Origin: a virus
Lineage: Duplodnaviria; Caudoviricetes
DNA: 34,604 nucleotides
IMG/VR virus record: IMGVR_UViG_3300037419_001779
Span: 1-34,604 of that record
Strand: one strand, 5' to 3'
In this document: positions 9,161 to 15,995 of the stretch, piece by piece
Layout of the letters: each line of letters begins with the position of its first letter
How positions within the stretch are numbered: the stretch's first letter is position 1
Notes under the pieces: generated by a model
Databases searched by the model: none
What the model was told of the DNA's origin: nothing
What the model saw: only the letters and a program-made list of their open reading frames with translations
Position numbers and translations under genes: made by a program

Positions 9161-9643
9161 GTGGCATGGAACAACCCCTCGACGTGGCTTGCTGGCGCGG
9201 TGCTCACCGCGGCGCAGCTGAACGCCCAGCTGCGCGACAACCTGCTGGCGATCGGCGATCCGTGGCCGTCGTACACACCCACGTTCACCGGCCTTTCGGT
9301 CAGCAACGGCACGCTGGCTGCCCGGGCGAGGGTGGCCGGCAAGGACATCCGCTGGTCAGTCTCGCTGACGTTCGGATCCACCACCGCGGTCACCGGGAAC
9401 ATCACGGTCACGCTGCCGGTTGCCGCGCGTCTCCGGTTCGCCGGCACCAGTTTCGGTGACGTGACGCTGTGGGATTCCTCGGCGAACGCGTTCCGCATCT
9501 GGCACGCGACCCACGACCTGTCGAGCAACGGCACCCGGGTCTTCCTCACCGATGACAGCGGCAACGTCGCCGCCGGCGCCAACCCGTGGACGTGGGCGAC
9601 GGGGGACCGGATCGAGATCAACGGCGGCTACGAGGCCAACTGA
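9161..9643 (+). CDS. Minor tail protein (receptor-binding/fibre-like), 160 aa
   Basis: WLAGAVLTAAQLNAQLRDNL N-terminus, WPSYTPT, TLPVAA, INGGYEA C-terminus. Confidence 0.7.
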   Translation: MAWNNPSTWLAGAVLTAAQLNAQLRDNLLAIGDPWPSYTPTFTGLSVSNGTLAARARVAGKDIRWSVSLTFGSTTAVTGNITVTLPVAARLRFAGTSFGDVTLWDSSANAFRIWHATHDLSSNGTRVFLTDDSGNVAAGANPWTWATGDRIEINGGYEAN

Positions 9644-9689
9644 GCCGCTCGCCGCTCCGCCCGCCCCGACCCTTCGACCAGGAGGCACC

Positions 9690-10304
9690 GTGTCCACCTT
9701 CCCGCCGCCCTCTCCGCCCTACCTGGGCCCGCCCGCGCACCACAGCGGGACCGGCAACAAGCCGATCCGCCGGATCGTCATCCACTCCACGGTCTCGCCG
9801 TGTGAGCCCGGCGGAGCCCGCAGGATCGCGGAGTACTTCCGCAGCTCCAAGGCCGGTGGCAGCGCCCACTACGTCATCGACCCCGGCGAGGTCGTGCAGG
9901 TCGCCTACGACGACGTCATCGCCTGGCACGCCCCGCCGAACCAGCACTCGATCGGCAACGAGATGTGCGACATCCCCGGCCCCGTACCGAACGCTCCGCC
10001 CGGATCCTCGATCCGGAAGGCCGCGAAGCGCAGCTGGCGCTGGATCAGGCCGAACCAGCAGCGGATGCTCAACCGCACCGCGCGGCTCACGGCCAAGCAG
10101 TGCCTCGCGTTCGACGTGCCGATCCAGTGGCTCAGCGTGAAGCGGCTGCGCGCCGGCGAGCGCGGCATCACGACCCACGCCAACGTCTCGAGGGCGTTCG
10201 GCGAGTCGACCCACTGGGACCCGGGGTTCTGGCCCCGCAAGCAGTTCATGACGCTCGTGCGCCTGCACGCCGCCCGCCTCCGCCGGAAGGACCTCGCTCG
10301 ATGA
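9690..10304 (+). CDS. Endolysin, N-acetylmuramoyl-L-alanine amidase (Amidase_2)
   Basis: IVIHST, SAHYVID, AWHA, SIGNEMC, TTHA...HWDPG zinc-amidase motifs; AGGAGG RBS before GTG at 9690. Confidence 0.88.
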   Translation: MSTFPPPSPPYLGPPAHHSGTGNKPIRRIVIHSTVSPCEPGGARRIAEYFRSSKAGGSAHYVIDPGEVVQVAYDDVIAWHAPPNQHSIGNEMCDIPGPVPNAPPGSSIRKAAKRSWRWIRPNQQRMLNRTARLTAKQCLAFDVPIQWLSVKRLRAGERGITTHANVSRAFGESTHWDPGFWPRKQFMTLVRLHAARLRRKDLAR

Positions 10305-10678
10305 AGACCACCACCAACGCCGTCCTGCTCGCGATCGCCGCGTGCTTCGTCACCGTCGTCGCGGCCTGCACGGTCGTGTACGTCGTCGACTCCGAGACCT
10401 CGGCGGGGTTCATCACGCCGATCCTCGGCTTCACTGGCACCACGCTCGCCCTGGTCGCGGGACTCGCCACCGTCGCACGCAAGCAGACCGAGACCAAGGA
10501 GCAGCTCGACGACGTCAAGCAGACCACCGACTACCTCGCCAACGGCGGCCTCGACGCGAAGATCCGCGCCGGCCTGGCCGACCTCCTGCCGGACCACCTG
10601 ATGAAGCCGGGCGTCGAGGACCAGCTCGAGCAGGACCGCGCCACCCGCGAGGCCGGCCCCGGCGGTACGACGTCGTGA
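10301..10678 (+). CDS. Holin-like membrane protein (2 TM)
   Basis: Two hydrophobic segments; ATGA overlap with the lysin gene. Confidence 0.65.
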   Translation: MKTTTNAVLLAIAACFVTVVAACTVVYVVDSETSAGFITPILGFTGTTLALVAGLATVARKQTETKEQLDDVKQTTDYLANGGLDAKIRAGLADLLPDHLMKPGVEDQLEQDRATREAGPGGTTS

Positions 10679-10977
10679 CCGCCCGAGCGGCCCGCGCCGA
10701 GGGCGACCGCGTGCACTTCTGGTGCCCCGGCTGCGACCAGGCGCACGGCATCCGCCACGGCGACCCGTCGACGTCATGGACATGGAACGGCGACCTCGAG
10801 CGACCGACCTTCCGGCCCTCGGTGCTGGTCCGTGGCGGTCCTAACGACGACAGGTGCCACTCGTTCGTGACCGACGGTCGGATCGCGTTCCTGGGCGACT
10901 GCAGTCACGAGCTCGCCGGCAAGACCGTCGACCTCCCGGCGTGGCCCCACAACGACGATGACGGAGGAGATCAGTGA
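10675..10977 (+). CDS. DUF6527-like protein, 100 aa
   Basis: FWCPGC..H...WTWNGD..RPTFRPSVL...RCHSFVTDGRI.FL.DC.H.LAG..V.LP pattern; GTGA overlap. Confidence 0.65.
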   Translation: MTARAARAEGDRVHFWCPGCDQAHGIRHGDPSTSWTWNGDLERPTFRPSVLVRGGPNDDRCHSFVTDGRIAFLGDCSHELAGKTVDLPAWPHNDDDGGDQ

Positions 10978-11681
10978 CCAGGCACACGACAGCGAACGTC
11001 GGCCGCGGCCGACCGGCCGCACAGCGCGACGCCTTCGAACGCGTCCTCGAGCTCAACGGCAGGCAGGGCATCGTCGGCTGGCAGGAGATCGGCGAGAGCG
11101 ACGGACCCGTCGACGAGCCCGGCCGTCTCCGCGGCGCGTTCCGCCGCGCCGTCTGGCGCACCGCCGCCATGGCCGTGCGCACCCCCGTCACGTGGAATCG
11201 CCTGACATGGCAGTGCCTCGGCGTCGAGCGCGTCAAGGTCATGAAGGGCATCGACCGCGTCTCGCCGGCGCGGTACGTCGTCATCGTCCGGCTCAAGCGT
11301 CGGCGCACCGGCCGGCTCCTGACCCGGATCAACACGCACACCGTCGCCGGCGCGTTCAACGGCACCACGGACCGCCACGAGCCCCGCCGGCGCGAGGGAT
11401 GGGAGCACCACTGGCAGGAGCTGCAGGAGATCGTCGAGCAGGAGGCTGCGACCGGCGCCGACATCGTCATCTCCGGCGACTTCAACCGGCAGCACCCGCC
11501 CCTGCCGATCCACGAGCTCCACCCACGTGCCGTGCTGGCGGCGAAGTCGCACACCGACCACCTGATCGCGGTCCCCGCCGCTGGCCACCGCGCCGTCGTC
11601 GACCAGGTGCGTCGCGCGACGGTCGGCATCGACTTCCACGTCGGCCTGTCCGCCCGGATCAGGTTCCGAGACGCCGCGTAG
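10974..11681 (+). CDS. Endonuclease/exonuclease/phosphatase (EEP) family protein
   Basis: TANV, GWQEI, INTH, ISGDFN, TDHL and DFH motifs in EEP order. Confidence 0.75.
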   Translation: MTRHTTANVGRGRPAAQRDAFERVLELNGRQGIVGWQEIGESDGPVDEPGRLRGAFRRAVWRTAAMAVRTPVTWNRLTWQCLGVERVKVMKGIDRVSPARYVVIVRLKRRRTGRLLTRINTHTVAGAFNGTTDRHEPRRREGWEHHWQELQEIVEQEAATGADIVISGDFNRQHPPLPIHELHPRAVLAAKSHTDHLIAVPAAGHRAVVDQVRRATVGIDFHVGLSARIRFRDAA

Positions 11682-11701
11682 CGCCCGGACGGCACCAGAT
11701 C

Positions 11702-11732
11702 GCCCCGCCCTCTTCGGAGGGCGGGGCTTTCG
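11702..11732 (+). terminator. Intrinsic terminator ending the late operon
   Basis: GCCCCGCCCTC-TTCG-GAGGGCGGGGC followed by TTTC; lies between convergent gene blocks. Confidence 0.85.
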
Positions 11733-11856
11733 CCATTTCTGGCGCCTGTGGATGACGCCAGCGTGCCCGGGGCCGGCTCGGTGATCATGAGCATCATGGA
11801 CGACTGGTGCGACCTCGACCTGGCCTACCTCCTGATCTTCGGCGAGCACCCGGAGA

Positions 11857-12108
11857 TCAGCCGTAGGCCGTGCCACCGGCTGGATGCTGCGCCCCCGGTG
11901 ACAGCCAGCTGTACGGCACCCACTCGGTGATGACGCGCGGCGTGACGGTCATCCGCTCGACGTAGGTCACCAGCGCCTCCCAGCCGCCGTCACGGCCGCG
12001 ACGGCGGTCGAGGATCAGGCCGGGCCACGGCATCGGGATGTTGGGCTTCCTGACCCACACGTGCGCCTGCAGCTGGCTCCCGCCGGTGGCCGCGGGCTGC
12101 TCGGTCAT
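11857..12108 (-). CDS. Hypothetical protein, 83 aa, coupled to the serine recombinase
   Basis: ATGA overlap with the recombinase stop. MTEQP...HVWVR...WPGLILD.RR...WEALVTYV...EWVP. Confidence 0.65.
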   Translation of the reverse strand: MTEQPAATGGSQLQAHVWVRKPNIPMPWPGLILDRRRGRDGGWEALVTYVERMTVTPRVITEWVPYSWLSPGAQHPAGGTAYG

Positions 12109-12779
12109 CCCACCGGGAGCGGCTCGTCGACGTCGGTCGCGCCGGCGTCGGTCTCCGCGCTCATCGCGAGCCTGCGCACCGTGGCAGCGTGCCAGCGGCC
12201 GCCCTGCCCGGTCGGGATCCCCTCGGCCTCGAGCGCCGCGGCGACCTTCGCCCAGGACATGCCCTGGTTGCGCAGCAGGTTGATCGTGCGCAGCGTGTCG
12301 ATGTCGACGCCGGACTTCCGCCCGACCTTCGTCCCGCGAGCCCGCACGGCCTCGAGCGCGACCCGGGTCCGATCGCCGATGAGCTCGCGCTCCCACTGCG
12401 CGAGGGCGATCATGATGTTCGCGATCAGCTTGCCGTTGGTCGTCGTGGTGTCGACCGCCAGGTCGAGCACGACCAGCGACCAGCCCTCCTCCTTCGCGGT
12501 CTCCATGATGCCGGCGAAGTCGAGCACCGAGCGCGAGAGCCGGTCCAGCTTCGCGACCACCACGGCGTCGGCGTACCCGTCGCGCAGGTCGCGCAGGGTC
12601 CTTCCGAGCTCGTCGCGCCGGCGCATCGACTTCCCGGAGGCGACGTCGTGGCGCACGTCGACGAGCTCCCAGCCGCGGTGCGCGACCTCGGCGCGGATCT
12701 TGTCCTCCTGGGCCTCGAGTCCTGCTCCCGAGTCGCCCTGCTCGGCCGTCGACACTCGGCAGTACCCGATCACGCGCAT
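12105..12779 (-). CDS. Small serine recombinase (resolvase/invertase family)
   Basis: GYCRVSTAEQ catalytic motif, VVAKLDRLSRS, AQWERELIGDRT, C-terminal GIPT..GGRWH..TVRR DNA-binding region. Confidence 0.92.
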   Translation of the reverse strand: MRVIGYCRVSTAEQGDSGAGLEAQEDKIRAEVAHRGWELVDVRHDVASGKSMRRRDELGRTLRDLRDGYADAVVVAKLDRLSRSVLDFAGIMETAKEEGWSLVVLDLAVDTTTTNGKLIANIMIALAQWERELIGDRTRVALEAVRARGTKVGRKSGVDIDTLRTINLLRNQGMSWAKVAAALEAEGIPTGQGGRWHAATVRRLAMSAETDAGATDVDEPLPVG

Positions 12780-12862
12780 GTTGGGTTACGTCCTCACGCT
12801 CAGAATGTGGCGCGAAGCGCGCCCGTGCATCGTTGGTACACGACACCTCCGACAGAACCGGC

Positions 12863-12888
12863 GTAGCCCAGCCGGTCGTTTGGGCTAC
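12863..12888. promoter_or_regulatory. Inverted repeat upstream of serine recombinase (candidate binding/crossover site)
   Basis: GTAGCCCA-N10-TGGGCTAC. A related half-site TTGGGTTAC is at 12781, and a flanking 9-bp IR CCGACAGAA/TTCTGTCGG is at 12849/12926. Confidence 0.5.
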
Positions 12889-12940
12889 AGGCCTGAGCGG
12901 AGGAGCGCCACGGCGAGCCGACCCCTTCTGTCGGCGCCGG

Positions 12941-13147
12941 ATGTCACCATGGCGGCATGTGCACCTCACCGTGAGCACGACCGGCCCCGAGACCCGCTCG
13001 TCTGCCAGGGCGACCGCGAGCTCGACGCCGTGGCGACTCGAGGGCTACGCCAAGGGCGAGTCGAAGAAGGCCGCCCACTCCTCCGTCGCGATGCGCGTGC
13101 TCGAGGCCGACCGGAGCATCGTCCGCATCGTTGTGAGGCCGGCGTGA
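12941..13147 (+). CDS. Hypothetical protein (start uncertain)
   Basis: Stop overlaps the next start (GTGA); no recognisable motif. Confidence 0.35.
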   Translation: MSPWRHVHLTVSTTGPETRSSARATASSTPWRLEGYAKGESKKAAHSSVAMRVLEADRSIVRIVVRPA

Positions 13148-13446
13148 CCGCCGCGGCCGCCACCGCCGCCCGCAGGCTCCCCGGCGAGGTCGAGGTCTGC
13201 GAGGCCTGCGGCGCCGGCATCGTCTGGGCGACCACGGTCGCCGGACCGAACGGCCCGGGCGGCAAGCGCATGGCCCTCAACCCGCTCGAGGACCTCGGCT
13301 ACGGCAACACCGCTGTTCGAGCCGAGCACCGCGGCCGCCTGCTCGCGCGCGTGCTCCACAAGGGCGAGAGCCACGACGCACCGCTGGAGTTCCTCGCCGT
13401 CCCTCACGTCGCGACCTGCCCCTACCCGCCCGGGTACCACCGGTGA
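13144..13446 (+). CDS. Hypothetical Zn-binding phage protein
   Basis: CEACGAGIVWA...HVATCP (CxxC...HxxxC). Confidence 0.7.
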   Translation: MTAAAATAARRLPGEVEVCEACGAGIVWATTVAGPNGPGGKRMALNPLEDLGYGNTAVRAEHRGRLLARVLHKGESHDAPLEFLAVPHVATCPYPPGYHR

Positions 13447-13703
13447 TCGAACCCAGCGCCGGCTCCGAGGCCGACCTCAAGGCCGACGCCGCCTGGTGGC
13501 GCGCCGAGTACGACCGCCTCGGCCGCGAGCTCGAGCTCATGACCCCAGGGCACGCGGACGCGATCGGGCCCACGGCGGTACGGCGCGTCCATGTCGCCCA
13601 CGAGACCGCGCTGCAGCTCGCCCAGGAGGCCGAGAACCGTCTCGCCCTGCTCCACCCAGACGCCGGCAGCGACGCCGTCGACGAGGGACCGACACTGTTC
13701 TGA
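13443..13703 (+). CDS. Hypothetical protein
   Basis: 86-aa ORF, GTGA overlap, phage-like codon usage. Confidence 0.6.
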   Translation: MIEPSAGSEADLKADAAWWRAEYDRLGRELELMTPGHADAIGPTAVRRVHVAHETALQLAQEAENRLALLHPDAGSDAVDEGPTLF

Positions 13704-13771
13704 TGCGCGAGAGGGCCGCGGCCGTGTAGCCTGCCGTCGCCGCACTCCTTCTTGACGGGGGGAATCCGGCA

Positions 13772-13813
13772 GGGCCTCCCGCCGCCGACCTCCTGGTCGA
13801 TGACGGGAGGCCC
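13772..13813. terminator. Hairpin upstream of the lipoprotein gene
   Basis: GGGCCTCCCG/CGGGAGGCCC 10-bp stem plus inner CGACC/GGTCG stem. Confidence 0.45.
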
Positions 13814-13866
13814 ACCTCGTTGGAACCGTGGTCACCGGTCGTAGGTCTGGCTTACGCTCGCTGGCC

Positions 13867-14238
13867 ATGAAGCGACTGAGCATCTTCGCCGCGGCCGCGG
13901 CGCTGTCCCTCCTGCTGGCCGGCTGCGGTGACGACTCCGAGGCAGCCAAGGCGGACAAGGACGACCAGGCGGCGACGTCCGCGAGCACCGACGAGGCCGG
14001 ACCGCTCGAGTGCGCCGACTTCGCCGGCGAGACCATGACGGACGACTTCGAGGGGTGCACGGAGGCCGGCGAGCTGCAGGCTGCACTGGTCTACGACGAC
14101 TGCCAGGACGGCCGCTCGCTCATCGTCTCCGGACCCGCCTACGGCTGGGTCGGCGAGCCGATCACCTACGACGCCGCCGGCGGCGGGGTCGACGGCGAGG
14201 GCTTCAAGAAGCTCTGGAACGAGTGCTACGGCTACTAG
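13867..14238 (+). CDS. Lipoprotein (possible superinfection exclusion)
   Basis: MKRLSIFAAAAALSLLLAGC lipobox; acidic mature domain with 4 further Cys; TACGCT -10-like hexamer 8 nt before ATG. Confidence 0.8.
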   Translation: MKRLSIFAAAAALSLLLAGCGDDSEAAKADKDDQAATSASTDEAGPLECADFAGETMTDDFEGCTEAGELQAALVYDDCQDGRSLIVSGPAYGWVGEPITYDAAGGGVDGEGFKKLWNECYGY

Positions 14239-14393
14239 CTGTCGTCCCCGAACTCGCGGATGTACCGGCGAAGCGCTCGCCGCACGACGTCGGTCACGGT
14301 CTCGCCGCGATCGGCCGCGATGCGCCGAGCCGTCTCCCACTCCTCGTCCGGGATCCGCAGTGTGCGGTTCGGCGTCGAGGGTTGATTGGGCAC
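14235..14393 (-). CDS. Ribbon-helix-helix DNA-binding protein, 52 aa (not in ORF track)
   Basis: Manual translation MPNQPSTPNRTLRIPDEEWETARRIAADRGETVTDVVRRALRRYIREFGDDS; TAGCGT 7 nt before GTG. Confidence 0.8.
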   Translation of the reverse strand: MPNQPSTPNRTLRIPDEEWETARRIAADRGETVTDVVRRALRRYIREFGDDS

Positions 14394-14412
14394 CTCGGCG
14401 ACGCTAGATCGA

Positions 14413-14426
14413 GGTGTATTTGCACC
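14413..14426. promoter_or_regulatory. Candidate RHH operator
   Basis: Near-palindrome GGTGTATTTGCACC just upstream of the RHH -10 element. Confidence 0.45.
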
Positions 14427-14429
14427 CGG

Positions 14430-15311
14430 TTACGCCTTTGCGCTGGCCTCGACGGTGCTCCGCAGCCGGGCGCGGTCCACCTTGACGTAGATCTTGGTCG
14501 TCGCCGGTGAGGCGTGCCCTAGGAGCTCCTGCACCGCGAACAGGTCGTGGTTGGAGTCCTCGTACCACTTCGTCCCGGCCCGGTGCCGCAGCTTGTGCAT
14601 TGTGTAGTCCGCCGGCAGCAGGCGGGTGATCAGCTTCCCGACCCACCGCGGCGACAGGTGGCCGTCGAACCGCCCTGGGAAGGCCCAGCCGGGCGGGAGT
14701 GCGCGCAGCTCGCGCGCGATGTCGGAGAGGAGCGGGACGTCCCGATCGCGGCCGCCCTTGCCGTGCACGACGAGTGTCCAGCCGTCGATGTCCTCAAACA
14801 GGTCGCGCGAGTGGACCTGGGCCACCTCGGCGCGACGGAGGCCCTGCTCCGCTGCGAGGCGACAGATCAGCCGCTCGCGAGGGTCCGCCTCCTCGAGCAG
14901 CTGCTTGTAGGTGCGGTCTGGCACCGGCCGCGGGTTCGGCCGCGGGACATCGCCCTTCGGGATCGCCAAGGCCGGCGAGATGTCGACGTGCTCCTGCTCG
15001 ACCGCCCACCGGTAGAACGCGCGGTACGTCGTGCGCCGCGACCGCCGCGTGTTCGGCGCCCACGCGCGGTCTGCGAACCACTCGATGAGATGGGCGCCGG
15101 TGACGTCCCACGGCCCGCAGGGCATCGCCTTGGCGAGCAGCTGGAGGTGCTCGCGGCGGGTGCGGAGCGTGGTCGCCGGCGAGCCGCCCGCGCGGGACCA
15201 CGACTCCCATTCGGTGATTGCCGTGACCCACTCCCAGGAAGCGGAAGCGGGACGCCGAGGGGAGGGAGAAGGGGAAGCGGGAGCAGAGAGGCCCGGAGCC
15301 GAGACGGTCAT
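14430..15311 (-). CDS. int: Tyrosine integrase, short type lacking the arm-binding domain
   Basis: GLRRAE, HGKG, HKLRH, LGHASPATTKIY catalytic residues; ~293 aa (alternative start at 15335). Confidence 0.92.
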   Translation of the reverse strand: MTVSAPGLSAPASPSPSPRRPASASWEWVTAITEWESWSRAGGSPATTLRTRREHLQLLAKAMPCGPWDVTGAHLIEWFADRAWAPNTRRSRRTTYRAFYRWAVEQEHVDISPALAIPKGDVPRPNPRPVPDRTYKQLLEEADPRERLICRLAAEQGLRRAEVAQVHSRDLFEDIDGWTLVVHGKGGRDRDVPLLSDIARELRALPPGWAFPGRFDGHLSPRWVGKLITRLLPADYTMHKLRHRAGTKWYEDSNHDLFAVQELLGHASPATTKIYVKVDRARLRSTVEASAKA

Positions 15312-15459
15312 GGCCGAACCATCTTGGTTAGGCATTGGCGGCCGCTACTGAATCTGTTGAGAACACGTCGATCGTCCTGACTTTCACGACCCATCGGTCC
15401 TAGAACCGGTGGCCCGAGAGAGCCATTACTGACGGGTTACCTGCTACCTGCGGACGCTG

Positions 15460-15672
15460 CTACCCGGCGATCGCGTGGATCTCGGGGAAGTCGTCGTCCT
15501 CGTCGGTCCAGCCCCACAGGATGACCGGCGTGACGTGGACGCTGCACACCCGCATCGGCTCGTGCCGAGGCATCGACACGACGAAGTCTGCGGACGCCCG
15601 GCAGAGCGCGAAGGTGCACCCATTGGCGCCCCCAGCCGACTCGACCAGGCCGATCACGGGGAAGCGGGTCAC
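15460..15672 (-). CDS. Hypothetical protein, 70 aa, Cys/His motif
   Basis: GTGA overlap with the upstream gene. MTRFPVIG...CTFALC...CSVH... Confidence 0.55.
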   Translation of the reverse strand: MTRFPVIGLVESAGGANGCTFALCRASADFVVSMPRHEPMRVCSVHVTPVILWGWTDEDDDFPEIHAIAG

Positions 15673-15995
15673 GACGCGTTCCTCGCGGCCTCGCGGAGCT
15701 CGTCTGCGCGCCGGTACCAAGCGAGGAGCTGCTTGCGCCGCGACGGCTCGATCTCGTCGGACATGGCCGCCTGCCGAGTGCGCGCGACGTGGCCGGGGCA
15801 CCACCAGTCGTCGGTCTTGGTTCCGCCAGAGATCAGGAGGCTGCAGGGGACCCAGCCCGCGAGGCGCGCTGCCTTGACAGCGCCGGCCCGCGTGGCCGCT
15901 TGGATGACGAGCGGCTTGCTCAGCGGGGACCAGCGGTCGCGATGGCAGTCCGAGGCGCTGCAGGTGATCGTCCACGCGGACGGCGCCATGGACAT
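15669..15995 (-). CDS. Hypothetical protein, 108 aa, Cys/His motif, coupled to repressor
   Basis: TGATG overlap with the repressor stop. CSASDC...ARLAGW...WWCPGH. Confidence 0.65.
   Translation of the reverse strand: MSMAPSAWTITCSASDCHRDRWSPLSKPLVIQAATRAGAVKAARLAGWVPCSLLISGGTKTDDWWCPGHVARTRQAAMSDEIEPSRRKQLLAWYRRADELREAARNAS

Noticed and set aside
11748-11930. 60-aa plus-strand ORF after the terminator
   Set aside because: It overlaps the better-supported minus-strand gene and has no RBS or motif. It cannot be fully excluded.
6825-12779. Invertase-driven tail fibre switching or a diversity-generating retroelement
   Set aside because: I found no inverted tail-gene cassette, paired crossover sites, reverse transcriptase or TR/VR repeat pair by eye.
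15324-15335. MPNQ start shared by the extended integrase ORF and the RHH protein
   Set aside because: Only four codons match and the DNA differs, so it is probably coincidence. ATG 15311 is an equally plausible integrase start.
15355-15380. LexA/SOS box upstream of the integrase
   Set aside because: GAACACGTCGATC does not fit GAAC-N4-GTTC in spacing or sequence.
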